Assembly (NCBI GenBank): GCA_946185835.1
Contig: CAMHKW010000006.1
Location: forward strand, 3,868-67,867
From: an uncultured Bacteroidales bacterium
GTDB taxonomy: Bacteria > Bacteroidota > Bacteroidia > Bacteroidales > Paludibacteraceae
DNA length: 64,000 bases
Direction: 5' to 3'
The notes beneath the pieces are model-generated. The model saw only the letters and a list, made by a program, of their open reading frames with translations, made no database searches and was not told where the DNA came from. A program made the translations under genes and the position numbers. Of this stretch, positions 8,410-17,761 are shown piece after piece; positions within the stretch are counted from its first letter, which is position 1; each line of letters starts with the position of its first letter.

Positions 8410-10440
8410 ATGAAAAAAATCATTCTTGGAGCCATACTCATGGCATCGACACTCTCGCTCCATGCGCAAGACGAGCGAGTATTGCTTACCGTCGACGGCG
8501 AGCCATCGACAGTGAGTGAGTTTTTGTATATCTACAACAAAAATCAGCACGAGGCTCAGGTGACGCGTCAGTCGCTTGACGAGTACCTCGATATGTTCGT
8601 CAACTTCAAGCTCAAGGTGGCTGCAGCTCACGAAGCCGGTCTCGACACGCTTGCCTCGTTCAAGCAAGAGCTCGAGGGCTATCGTCGTCAGGCTACCCCT
8701 CGCTACATGACCGACACCGTAGCCCTCGAGAATCTGATAGCCCAAACACATCAGAACATGCTCAACGACCGCAGCATCCGCCATATCGCCATCCGCTGTC
8801 CTTACAGTGCCTCCGACTCGGCAGTGGCTGCAGCGCGGGGTAAGATAGAGTTAGCCCGCGAACGTGTAACCACCGGCATAGCTAAAATCAGCGGCAAGGG
8901 CAAAAACAGGAAGATAACACATACACCGGAAGACTTCGCTAACGTAGCCCTCGAGGTGTCAGACGACCCCTCAGTGACTGACAACGCCGGTCTGGTAGGC
9001 TGGGTGACACCATTCCGCTTTGTGTACACCTTCGAGAAGGCTGCCTTCGCAACACCTGTAGGTCAGGTAAGCGAGGTGTTCCGCACACCATTCGGCTTCC
9101 ATATCCTCAAGGTAGAAGCCGAGCAACCGCACAAAGAGGTCAACGCATCTCACATCATGAAACTAACCTCACTGCTAAAGACCACCGACGAGAAGAGTCG
9201 GCGCACTAACGACTCGATAATACAAGCAGCCAAACTCAAGATCGACAGCATCTACGAGCTTGCCAAGGCGGGCGAGAACTTCGGAGCATTGGCTATGGCA
9301 AAGTCCGACGACCGCGGTAGCGCACAGCGTGGCGGCAGCCTCGGCTGGTTCGGACGCAACCAGATGGTCAGAGAATTCGAAGACGTAGCCTTCAGCATGC
9401 ATCAGGAAGGCGAGATATCCAAACCCTTCCGCACCAACTACGGCTGGCATATCATGCAGTTCAACGGTGAACGCGGCACCGGCACTTTAGAAGAGACACA
9501 CGACGACATCAAAGCCCGGATAATGAAAAGCGAACACCGACTGGAAGTAGAGAAAGCCTTCGAAGACAAACTCAAACAAGAATACGGCTTTACGGAGAAC
9601 ATAGCAGCCCTGAGCGACTTCTACGCTGCCGCACAAGGTTGCAACACTCTTAGCGACAGCGCTTTCGTAGCACGTATCGCCGACCTGAAAGAATATATGT
9701 TCACCATCGACGACGTGAAGTACTACCAGAACGACTTCACCGAATACCTGTCGCGCAACAACAAGTCGCAATACGGTTCGATGTCAGCCGCTCTTGACGA
9801 GAAATACGAATACTTCAAAGCCAACATGCTACGCGAGACCGAAAACCGCCATCTCGAAAGCAAATATCCCGAACTTCGTAACTTAGTGAAAGAATACCAC
9901 GACGGCATCATGCTGTTCGACATCTCTCTGAAAGAGGTGTGGGACAAAGCCGGTCAAGACACTGCCGGTCTGAAACGCTATTTCGAGGAACACAAGGCAG
10001 ACTACGTATGGTCGGCACCTCGCTACAAGGGCTGGGTTATCAAAGCCGCCAATCCCGTAGCACTGAAAGCCGCCAAGACTATCATTAAAAACTTCCCTGC
10101 CGACTCGGTGGCTAAGATTGTGGCACAGCGTATCAACACCGACACGGTGACCTACGTCCGCTGCGAGCGCGGGCTGTGGGAGAAAGGTCAGAATGCCGCT
10201 GTCGACAAACTCGGCTTCAAAGACAAGAAAGTAGAGCTACCACAAGACTCGGTATTCAAATACACCGTATGCGTAGGAAAGAAGCTAAAAGGCGCTGAGG
10301 AGTATACCGACGAGCAAGGTAAGGTAACCGCCGCCTACCAAGACTACCTCGAGAAGCAGTGGCTTGCAAAGCTGCACGAGAAGTACCCGGTAGTGATTAA
10401 CAAAGAAGTGCTCGAGAGCCTCAGACAAGAGTTAGAATAA
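8410..10440 (+). CDS. peptidyl-prolyl cis-trans isomerase, parvulin/SurA-like
   Basis: 676-aa ORF with a signal peptide. Two parvulin-like cores are present (FRTPFGFHILKV and FRTNYGWHIMQF). Confidence 0.85.
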   Translation: MKKIILGAILMASTLSLHAQDERVLLTVDGEPSTVSEFLYIYNKNQHEAQVTRQSLDEYLDMFVNFKLKVAAAHEAGLDTLASFKQELEGYRRQATPRYMTDTVALENLIAQTHQNMLNDRSIRHIAIRCPYSASDSAVAAARGKIELARERVTTGIAKISGKGKNRKITHTPEDFANVALEVSDDPSVTDNAGLVGWVTPFRFVYTFEKAAFATPVGQVSEVFRTPFGFHILKVEAEQPHKEVNASHIMKLTSLLKTTDEKSRRTNDSIIQAAKLKIDSIYELAKAGENFGALAMAKSDDRGSAQRGGSLGWFGRNQMVREFEDVAFSMHQEGEISKPFRTNYGWHIMQFNGERGTGTLEETHDDIKARIMKSEHRLEVEKAFEDKLKQEYGFTENIAALSDFYAAAQGCNTLSDSAFVARIADLKEYMFTIDDVKYYQNDFTEYLSRNNKSQYGSMSAALDEKYEYFKANMLRETENRHLESKYPELRNLVKEYHDGIMLFDISLKEVWDKAGQDTAGLKRYFEEHKADYVWSAPRYKGWVIKAANPVALKAAKTIIKNFPADSVAKIVAQRINTDTVTYVRCERGLWEKGQNAAVDKLGFKDKKVELPQDSVFKYTVCVGKKLKGAEEYTDEQGKVTAAYQDYLEKQWLAKLHEKYPVVINKEVLESLRQELE

Positions 10441-10476
10441 GCACTGACTACCGTTTCCGACACTTCTGACTTCTCT

Positions 10477-10502
10477 GCCGCCGGTTACAAACCGGCGTAC
10501 CC
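10477..10502 (+). repeat. short hairpin form of the REP-like element
   Basis: GCCGCCGGTT-ACAA-AACCGGCGTACCC. It has the same stem and 3' tail as the long form but a 4-nt loop. Confidence 0.6.
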
Positions 10503-10571
10503 GGCGCCGACACCTTTCGGTCTTGCCTCGGTCTTGCCTCGGCATACGCTCGGTAGAAAATATACTCGCAC

Positions 10572-12245
10572 ATGCAGACTCGTTACTACATATTATCGCT
10601 ACTTGCCGTCATCGTTTTGAATGTCGGTTTGCTCGGCTCGCGCTGCCGTCGGGACCTCTCGAGCGACCATCGCTACACCATCTCACCTACCACACGTGAG
10701 ATGCTACGCGGTTGGCACACCGAGAAGACGACCTTCAGTGTCGACAACTACCTCTGTGGCGAGCTCAACGCCGGCTTCAGTGCTTTGTCGCAGTCGACAG
10801 CCGACATGCTGCGCGAATTAGGTCAATATGTAGCCATCGAGGTGCGTCAACAAGACCCGACCGAGATGGAAGCCGCCGAGCAACGTGCACTGCACGACCT
10901 ACTCGAGCGATACGGATATCACCCCATCGAGATACACGAGTCGACGGGTAAAGGCGAGAAGCGACAGACGATAGCATATCCGTATCTGAGAGTAAGCAAT
11001 GGCACCCGCAGCACTTTAGTAGCATTAGTCGACAACAACCCCATGCGCACCGGGCAGGAGAATCTCAACAGCTCGGAGCAGAGTTTGGAATATAACATCG
11101 TGAGGGCAATGGCGCAGCTGCAAAGTCCGAAGCGTAGCAAAGTGGCATTTATCGAAGGTCATGGCGAGCTGCCCGAGCTGAACACCGCCTCGTTGGAGTT
11201 CGCCCTAAGCCGATACTGCGACGTGTATTATGGTCGGCTCAGCTCTGCCGACAACTGCCTCGACGAGTTCGACTGCATCATCCTGGCCGACCCGCAGACA
11301 CCGTTTACCGATGCCGACAAATATATCATCGACCAGTATATCATGCGCGGCGGAAGGGTGCTGTGGCTACTGAGCGGCGTTCAGATGTCGGAACAGGTGC
11401 TCAGCCAACAAGGGTTCACACCCGTCATCGCTCGTGACCTAAGGCTACAAGACATGCTCTTCCGCTACGGGGTGCGCGTCAACAACGACTTGTTACAGGA
11501 CGTGAGCTGTCTGCCGATACGCGTCGACATGTCGACCGACCCCACTCGCCACGACTACCATCCGATGCCATGGACATACGCGCCACTGCTCAGCTGCAGT
11601 GCCGACAGCTATATCTCACGCGGGGTGACACAGGTGAGTGCCGTGTTTGCCAGCACCATCGACTTGGTAGGCGAAGGCGAGGGACAACATCGCCAGATTC
11701 TGCTTACAAGCTCGTCGACAGCGAAGACGACGGGCACACCTGCCAAAGTCGACTTGGAAGATATGACACCTCTGATAGAAACCTTCAACCGCAGTAACCT
11801 GCCGGTGGGAGTGGCTATCGACGGACGCTTTGAGTCGCTGTTTGCCCACCGCCTGACACCTCAGGAGGTTGAGTCGAGCCGACCGACAGCGAAAGAGGGC
11901 GAGAGCAGACAAGTGATAATAGGTAGCGGGAGCATAGCCCGCAACGAGACGCAAAGCGGCAGACCTCTGCCCTTGGGCTTCGACCGATACACACAGATGC
12001 AGTTCGGCAACTGCGACCTCCTGACCAATGCCGTGCTCTATCTTACCGACAGCCAAAACCTGCTGCAACTCCGGCAGAAAGACTTGCAGATACGTCTGCT
12101 CAGCAAAAAAAGTATCAAGCAGAGTCTGACAACGATACAAACGCTTAGTATAGCACTGCCGCTGCTCGTGCTGTTGCTCACAGCCATGTGCTTCTATATA
12201 GCAAGAAAACAAATATATTCTAAACCATATAACAACCGACTATGA
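10572..12245 (+). CDS. gldG: GldG-like ABC-transport auxiliary protein
   Basis: N-terminal TM segment followed by RRDLSSDHRYTISPTTREML, then FIEGHGE, and a C-terminal TM segment. This is the GldG/ABC_transp_aux architecture. Confidence 0.6.
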   Translation: MQTRYYILSLLAVIVLNVGLLGSRCRRDLSSDHRYTISPTTREMLRGWHTEKTTFSVDNYLCGELNAGFSALSQSTADMLRELGQYVAIEVRQQDPTEMEAAEQRALHDLLERYGYHPIEIHESTGKGEKRQTIAYPYLRVSNGTRSTLVALVDNNPMRTGQENLNSSEQSLEYNIVRAMAQLQSPKRSKVAFIEGHGELPELNTASLEFALSRYCDVYYGRLSSADNCLDEFDCIILADPQTPFTDADKYIIDQYIMRGGRVLWLLSGVQMSEQVLSQQGFTPVIARDLRLQDMLFRYGVRVNNDLLQDVSCLPIRVDMSTDPTRHDYHPMPWTYAPLLSCSADSYISRGVTQVSAVFASTIDLVGEGEGQHRQILLTSSSTAKTTGTPAKVDLEDMTPLIETFNRSNLPVGVAIDGRFESLFAHRLTPQEVESSRPTAKEGESRQVIIGSGSIARNETQSGRPLPLGFDRYTQMQFGNCDLLTNAVLYLTDSQNLLQLRQKDLQIRLLSKKSIKQSLTTIQTLSIALPLLVLLLTAMCFYIARKQIYSKPYNNRL

Positions 12246-14008
12246 AACAATTACTTATTATAGCATCTATCTTGTGCTTTACCCTTGGCTCGTTTGCCCA
12301 AGACTACCCCGTAGAAGTGGTCAATGGCAAAACGGTATACCGCTATAAGGTGAAGAAGTCGGAGGGTCTGTGGCGTATCAGCCAAAACTTCGGAGTGACA
12401 CAAGAAGAGATACTCGAACTCAATCCGCAGATCTCGAAGACCGGACTTCGCTACGACGAGGAGATATACATCCCTGCAAAAAACATTAGCGCTGAGGATA
12501 AGGTTGAGGATAAGAAAACAGATGCCACCTCAAAAGACAGTGGTCAAGCCACGGTAGCCAATAGTGCGCCGCAGACACACCGCGTCGTCAAGGGTGAGAC
12601 GCTGTACTCGCTGAGCAAACGCTACGGAGTAACCGTAGAAGCCATCGAAGACGCCAACCCCGAAGTGAAACGCAAAGGTCTGAAAGCCGACCGCACCATC
12701 ATCATTCCCGCAGCTATAGCACAGGCTAAGGCGGAACAGAAGGCTGAGGCTAAGGCTGAGGTTGAGAAGAATACTAAGGCTGAGGCGGAACAGAAGGCTG
12801 AGGCTGAACAGAAGGCTGAGGCTGAACAGAAGGCAGAGGCTGAGAAGAAGGCTGATATGACGGAGTTCAAGAACCTCATTACCTTCGGTGCAGAGAAGTT
12901 CATGGAGCTATTCGACACCACCGCGCTGAGGAGCACAACCGACACTCTGCGTCGTCCGGATCTGAAGCTCTCAGGTACCGATATCGTTGTCGACTCGAGT
13001 ATGTTTGCTCTTCCGCTTCGCATTGCATTTATGCTACCTTTCTGTGCTAACAGCAAGCGCGATGCGTCCACAACTCGTTTCTTAGAGTTCTACGAAGGTG
13101 CATTATTAGCTTGCAAGACCCTTCAGGACAACGGTCAACCCCTCGAGATCTATGTCTACGACACCGACAAGAGCGAGACGGGCATAGCAGAGCTGCTGCA
13201 TAAGCCCGAGATGCGCAACGTAGATGCCATCATCGGTCCTGCCTATCCCGCACAAGTCAACCTCGTGGCTCAGTATGCCAAAGACAACAAGATACCGATG
13301 CTCATACCCTTCACGTCGAAGGTCAGCCACGTGTCGTCGAACCCCTATCTGCTGCAGTTCAACCCCACCGACGCCCTGACTGCCAAGACTATCGTAGAAT
13401 ACCTCAAGGAGCGTGAGTTCACTACCAACATATTACTGATGACTACCCCATACTCCGACCCCGATGATATGCTCGATGAGTTGCGAGCAGAACTCAAGCA
13501 TGCTAAAATAGAATTTTCGGACCTGACGTCCGCCGCTATCGACAACGACTCGCTGAAGGCATATCTGTCGTCCGACCGCGAGAATATCATCTTCTTCGAC
13601 ACCGACAAGCAAGCCGCCATCGGTCCTATTGCCAAGACCTTGAAACGCTACTATTCCACCTACCACCTCACCTTGTTTGGCAAGCAGACATGGAAAGCCA
13701 AAGACATAGAGCTGCCGTTTATCTACTCCACTATGTTCAGTGTCGACGAGTCATCGGTACAGATGTCGGCTTACCGTCGTATGTTCGAGCGTTATTTCCA
13801 TCACGCCATCACCTCAGTGGCTCCTCGCTACGACCTGTTAGGCTACGACCTGACCAGCTACCTGTGTGAGCTGTTGCAACAAGGCAACGAGAAGACGCTC
13901 AACCAACGGGCAGCGGCAACCGAGTTCCACGGCTTGCAGTCGGACATACACTGCATGCCGACCGACATCAGTGGAGGCTGCATCAACAACATCATATATA
14001 TCAAATAA
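12242..14008 (+). CDS. LysM-domain protein with type-1 periplasmic-binding-protein-like C-terminal domain
   Basis: Two LysM-like segments (YRYKVKKSEGLWRISQNFGV and HRVVKGETLYSLSKRYGV), a central (AEQKAE)n repeat, and a PBP1-like C-terminal half. The start overlaps the gldG stop by 4 nt. Confidence 0.7.
   Translation: MKQLLIIASILCFTLGSFAQDYPVEVVNGKTVYRYKVKKSEGLWRISQNFGVTQEEILELNPQISKTGLRYDEEIYIPAKNISAEDKVEDKKTDATSKDSGQATVANSAPQTHRVVKGETLYSLSKRYGVTVEAIEDANPEVKRKGLKADRTIIIPAAIAQAKAEQKAEAKAEVEKNTKAEAEQKAEAEQKAEAEQKAEAEKKADMTEFKNLITFGAEKFMELFDTTALRSTTDTLRRPDLKLSGTDIVVDSSMFALPLRIAFMLPFCANSKRDASTTRFLEFYEGALLACKTLQDNGQPLEIYVYDTDKSETGIAELLHKPEMRNVDAIIGPAYPAQVNLVAQYAKDNKIPMLIPFTSKVSHVSSNPYLLQFNPTDALTAKTIVEYLKEREFTTNILLMTTPYSDPDDMLDELRAELKHAKIEFSDLTSAAIDNDSLKAYLSSDRENIIFFDTDKQAAIGPIAKTLKRYYSTYHLTLFGKQTWKAKDIELPFIYSTMFSVDESSVQMSAYRRMFERYFHHAITSVAPRYDLLGYDLTSYLCELLQQGNEKTLNQRAAATEFHGLQSDIHCMPTDISGGCINNIIYIK
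12724..12855 (+). repeat. in-frame coding tandem repeat (GCTGAGGCTGAACAGAAG-like 18-bp units)
   Basis: Encodes KAEQKAEAKAEVEKNTKAEAEQKAEAEQKAEAEQKAEAEKKA in the LysM protein. Confidence 0.9.
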
Positions 14009-14041
14009 CGAAAGTAGAAAACCAAATAACGAAAGTAGAAA
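14002..14041 (+). repeat. 21-bp-period duplication including the stop of the LysM-protein gene
   Basis: CAAATAACGAAAGTAGAAA at 14002 and again at 14023. Confidence 0.9.
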
Positions 14042-14056
14042 TATCACATAATACAC

Positions 14057-14701
14057 ATGAAGCTTCGTAAGCTTGCCATATCATTATTTCTTACTGTCGC
14101 CATGTTAGCGTCGGCACAGCCTGCCTTGCGTGAGCCCGAGATGTATGTCGGTGCTCAGGGCGGAGTGTTAGCGTCGATGATGCTGTTCAACCCTACTATC
14201 AACCTCTCGCCACTATACCCGCACTGGGGCGCCAACGCAGGTGTCGTCTTCCGCTATGCCGGTCACCGCTACTGCGGACTGCAAGTGGAGCTTAACTACA
14301 TGCAACGCGGCTGGAGAGAACGAGCTACCGACACGAGCATCGAATACTCACGACGACTCGACTATATCGAACTCCCGTTTCTGACACATATATATTTCGG
14401 CAAGAACTGTCGCGGCTTCGTCAACATAGGTCCGCAGATAGGTTTTCTGCTATACGACTCCAAACCTGCCACTACCGATTTGAGCTACCAACGTCTGACC
14501 GACATAAGTCAACGCTTCGACTGGGGTGCCGCAGGCGGACTCGGGTTTTATGCCATCACCATCGCCGGAACATGGCAACTCGAGGCACGGTTTAACTTCT
14601 CGCTCTCAAATATCTTCGACAACAGCGCCGGAGCACACTTTGCCAACTCTGAACACATGAATCTGAGCCTGAACTTCGCCTATTTGTGGAAGATAAAATA
14701 A
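14057..14701 (+). CDS. outer-membrane beta-barrel (porin family) protein
   Basis: 214-aa ORF with a signal peptide, alternating aromatic/Gly beta-strand pattern, and a C-terminal aromatic residue. Confidence 0.6.
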   Translation: MKLRKLAISLFLTVAMLASAQPALREPEMYVGAQGGVLASMMLFNPTINLSPLYPHWGANAGVVFRYAGHRYCGLQVELNYMQRGWRERATDTSIEYSRRLDYIELPFLTHIYFGKNCRGFVNIGPQIGFLLYDSKPATTDLSYQRLTDISQRFDWGAAGGLGFYAITIAGTWQLEARFNFSLSNIFDNSAGAHFANSEHMNLSLNFAYLWKIK

Positions 14702-14754
14702 TACACAAACAATCAAATAAACAGAACATATTAACCCTATAAAAACTTACGATC

Positions 14755-15630
14755 ATGAAAACATTCCCAGCTTCGCAACTTATCATCAATGCCGATGGTA
14801 GTGCTTTCCACCTTCACATTCGTCCTGAACACTTAGCCGACAAAGTCATCTTGGTTGGCGACCAAGACCGCGTTAACATGGTAGCCTCGTTTTTCGACGA
14901 GGGCTCGATAGAGTGCGACATACAGTCTCGCGAGTTCCATACCATCACAGGTCGTTTCCAAGGCAAACGTATCTCGTGCGTCTCAACCGGTATCGGTACC
15001 GACAATATCGACATTGTGATGAACGAACTCGATGCCTTGAAAAACATCGACTTCGAGACACGTACCGAGAAAGCAGAGAAGACCTCAATGGAGATAGTAC
15101 GTATCGGCACATGTGGTGCCATGCAAGACGACATCGCCCTTGGCACCTTCCTTGTGAGCGTTAAGTCAATCGGCTTCGACGGCGTTCTTGCCTTCTACAA
15201 AGGTCGTGACGAGATTGCCGACCTCGGCTTCGAGAAGGCTCTTGTCGACTTCATCGGCTATCCCGAGAAAGCAGCTGTTCCTTACGTAGTAAAAGCCAAC
15301 GAACAGCTCGTCAAACGTATTGCCGGCGACGACATGACGTTGGGCTGCACCATAGCTGCCAACGGTTTCTACGGTCCGCAGGGACGTATCCTTCGCTGCG
15401 ACATCGCCGTGCCCGATATCAACGAGAAGATCAGCGACTTCCGCTACGAAGGTCAGCGTATCACCAACTACGAGATGGAAGGCTCGGCTATAGCCGGCTT
15501 AAGTTTGCTGATGGGGCACCGCGCCATGACGGTATGCTGCGTGATAGCACAACGCAAAGTGGAAGCCGCTAACACCGACTACAAACCACGCATCAAGCAA
15601 TTGGTGAAGACCGTGCTCGAACGCATATAA
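14755..15630 (+). CDS. nucleoside phosphorylase (PNP/UDP family, uridine phosphorylase-like)
   Basis: 291-aa ORF with motifs ISCVSTGIGTDN, VRIGTCGA and NYEMEGSA, typical of PNP_UDP_1 enzymes. Confidence 0.75.
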   Translation: MKTFPASQLIINADGSAFHLHIRPEHLADKVILVGDQDRVNMVASFFDEGSIECDIQSREFHTITGRFQGKRISCVSTGIGTDNIDIVMNELDALKNIDFETRTEKAEKTSMEIVRIGTCGAMQDDIALGTFLVSVKSIGFDGVLAFYKGRDEIADLGFEKALVDFIGYPEKAAVPYVVKANEQLVKRIAGDDMTLGCTIAANGFYGPQGRILRCDIAVPDINEKISDFRYEGQRITNYEMEGSAIAGLSLLMGHRAMTVCCVIAQRKVEAANTDYKPRIKQLVKTVLERI

Positions 15631-15639
15631 TAAAAAGAT

Positions 15640-15665
15640 GGCTGACGCCTTATCAGGCGTCAGCC
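15640..15665 (+). terminator. stem-loop downstream of the nucleoside phosphorylase gene
   Basis: GGCTGACGCC-TTATCA-GGCGTCAGCC. No U-tract follows. Confidence 0.4.
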
Positions 15666-15690
15666 GCAACTACTCACCATATCACAGATT

Positions 15691-17757
15691 ATGAAGAAGT
15701 ATCTCATTCTGCTTATGGGTGCTACTATGCTCATAAGCTGCAACAAGACCAAACAAGAAATCAACTACAACGTGGACAAATTCTATGACCTCGAAGTGCT
15801 GCGCTACGACGTTCCGGACTTCGAGCAGCTGAGTCTGCAACAGCAGACGCTGGTCTACTACCTGACCGAAGCAGCGTTATGGGGACGCGACATCCTCTAC
15901 GACCAGAACTGCCGCTACAACCTTGCCATACGTCGCACCTTGGAAAGCATCTATTGCAACTATCCCGACAAGCAAGACGAGCAGTACGTGCTACTTGAGA
16001 AATACCTCAAGCGCGTATGGTTCTCGAACGGCATTCACCATCACTACTCCGAGGATAAGTTCTTACCCGAGTTCACCCGCGAGTGGTTTGCCTCAGCTCT
16101 GAGCTGCATACCCGACTCAGACCTCGCCGTCATCGGCGGCAGCCGCATTGCCGAAGGTATGGACAATATCTTCGCCGAGCTTACTGAGGTGATGTTCAAC
16201 CCCGCTTTGCTTTCGAAGAAGACCAACCAAGCTGCCGGTGTCGACCTGTTGCTCACCTCTGCCAACAACTACTATGGTGGTGGTCTGACGCAAGCCGAAG
16301 CCGAAGAGTGGTACGCCGCTCATAAGGATAACTCGCCTGAGCCGCTATGGATAGGACTGAACTCGAAGCTCGTAAAGCGCGCTGACGGTACGATAGAAGA
16401 GCGCGTATTCAAAGTAGGCGGACTCTATGGCGAGGCACTCGAACATGTGGTATACTGGCTCGAGAAAGCCCGTGAGGTAGCCGAGAACGAGCAACAACGC
16501 ACCGTCATCGACAAGCTTATAGAATACAACCGCACCGGCGACCTACGCACGTTCAACGAATACTGCATCGCATGGGTTCGCGACCTCGACTCGCACGTCG
16601 ACTTCATCAACGGCTTTACCGAAGTATACGGCGACCCGCTTGGCATCACAGGAGCATGGGAGGCAATGGTCAACTTCAAGAATCCTGAAGCTACCAAACG
16701 CACAGCCATCCTCGCCGAGAATGCTCAATGGTTCGAAGACAACAGCCCCACCGACAAGGCTTTCAAGAAAGAGAACGTGAAGGGTGTGAGCGCCAAGGTC
16801 ATCAATGCCGCCATCCTCGCTGGCGACTGCTACCCCTCGACACCGATAGGCATCAACCTGCCCAACGCCAACTGGATACGCAAAGAATACGGTTCTAAGT
16901 CGGTGACAATACAAAACATCACCGATGCATACGACAAAGCCGCCGAGGGTAACGGCTTCAACGAGGAGTTTATGCTCTCGGACAAAGAAATCAAGATGGC
17001 ACACCAATACGGTTCGCTCGACGACAACTGCCATACCGACCTGCACGAGTGCTTGGGTCATGGCTCGGGCAAGCTGCTCGACGGCGTAACGAAAGACAAC
17101 CTCAGGGAGCATGGCTCCACCATAGAAGAGGCACGTGCCGACCTGTTCGGACTATACTATATCGCCGACCCCAAGCTGGTGGAGTTGGGCATACTGCCTA
17201 ACACGGAAGCCTATAAGGCTGAGTACTATCGCCAGATGATGAACGGTGCCATGACGCAACTGGTACGTGTCGAACTCGGCAAAGACCTTGAGGAGGCACA
17301 CATGCGCAACCGTCAGCTCATCGCCAACTGGGTGCTCGACCATGTCAACCCCGAGAAACCGGAAGCAGAGATCATAGCCGTAGACGTGGCAAAAGACAAC
17401 AGCCACGAGACCAAACACTACATGCGTATCAACGACTACGAGGGTCTGCGACGTCTGTATGGCGAACTGCTTGCCATCATACAAGAGGTGACCTCCACAG
17501 GTAACTACGCCATGGCCAAAGAGCTGGTCGAGAAGTACGCTGTTCGTATCGACCCCGAGCTGCATCGCGAGATGCTCGAACGGTATCAGAAACTCAACCT
17601 CGCTCCGTACAAAGGATTCATCAACCCCAAATACAACGCTATCGAGAGCAAAGAGGGCGAGATGATTGACGTGATGTTAGACTTCTCGGAAGGCTATGCC
17701 GCACAGCACCTGCGCTACTCACGCGACTACTCAGTGTTGCCGACATGGAACGACTGA
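15691..17757 (+). CDS. dipeptidyl-peptidase III (peptidase M49)
   Basis: HECLGH zinc motif and EEARAD second motif. The 688-aa ORF has a lipoprotein signal LLISC. Confidence 0.85.
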   Translation: MKKYLILLMGATMLISCNKTKQEINYNVDKFYDLEVLRYDVPDFEQLSLQQQTLVYYLTEAALWGRDILYDQNCRYNLAIRRTLESIYCNYPDKQDEQYVLLEKYLKRVWFSNGIHHHYSEDKFLPEFTREWFASALSCIPDSDLAVIGGSRIAEGMDNIFAELTEVMFNPALLSKKTNQAAGVDLLLTSANNYYGGGLTQAEAEEWYAAHKDNSPEPLWIGLNSKLVKRADGTIEERVFKVGGLYGEALEHVVYWLEKAREVAENEQQRTVIDKLIEYNRTGDLRTFNEYCIAWVRDLDSHVDFINGFTEVYGDPLGITGAWEAMVNFKNPEATKRTAILAENAQWFEDNSPTDKAFKKENVKGVSAKVINAAILAGDCYPSTPIGINLPNANWIRKEYGSKSVTIQNITDAYDKAAEGNGFNEEFMLSDKEIKMAHQYGSLDDNCHTDLHECLGHGSGKLLDGVTKDNLREHGSTIEEARADLFGLYYIADPKLVELGILPNTEAYKAEYYRQMMNGAMTQLVRVELGKDLEEAHMRNRQLIANWVLDHVNPEKPEAEIIAVDVAKDNSHETKHYMRINDYEGLRRLYGELLAIIQEVTSTGNYAMAKELVEKYAVRIDPELHREMLERYQKLNLAPYKGFINPKYNAIESKEGEMIDVMLDFSEGYAAQHLRYSRDYSVLPTWND

Positions 17758-17761
17758 CGAC

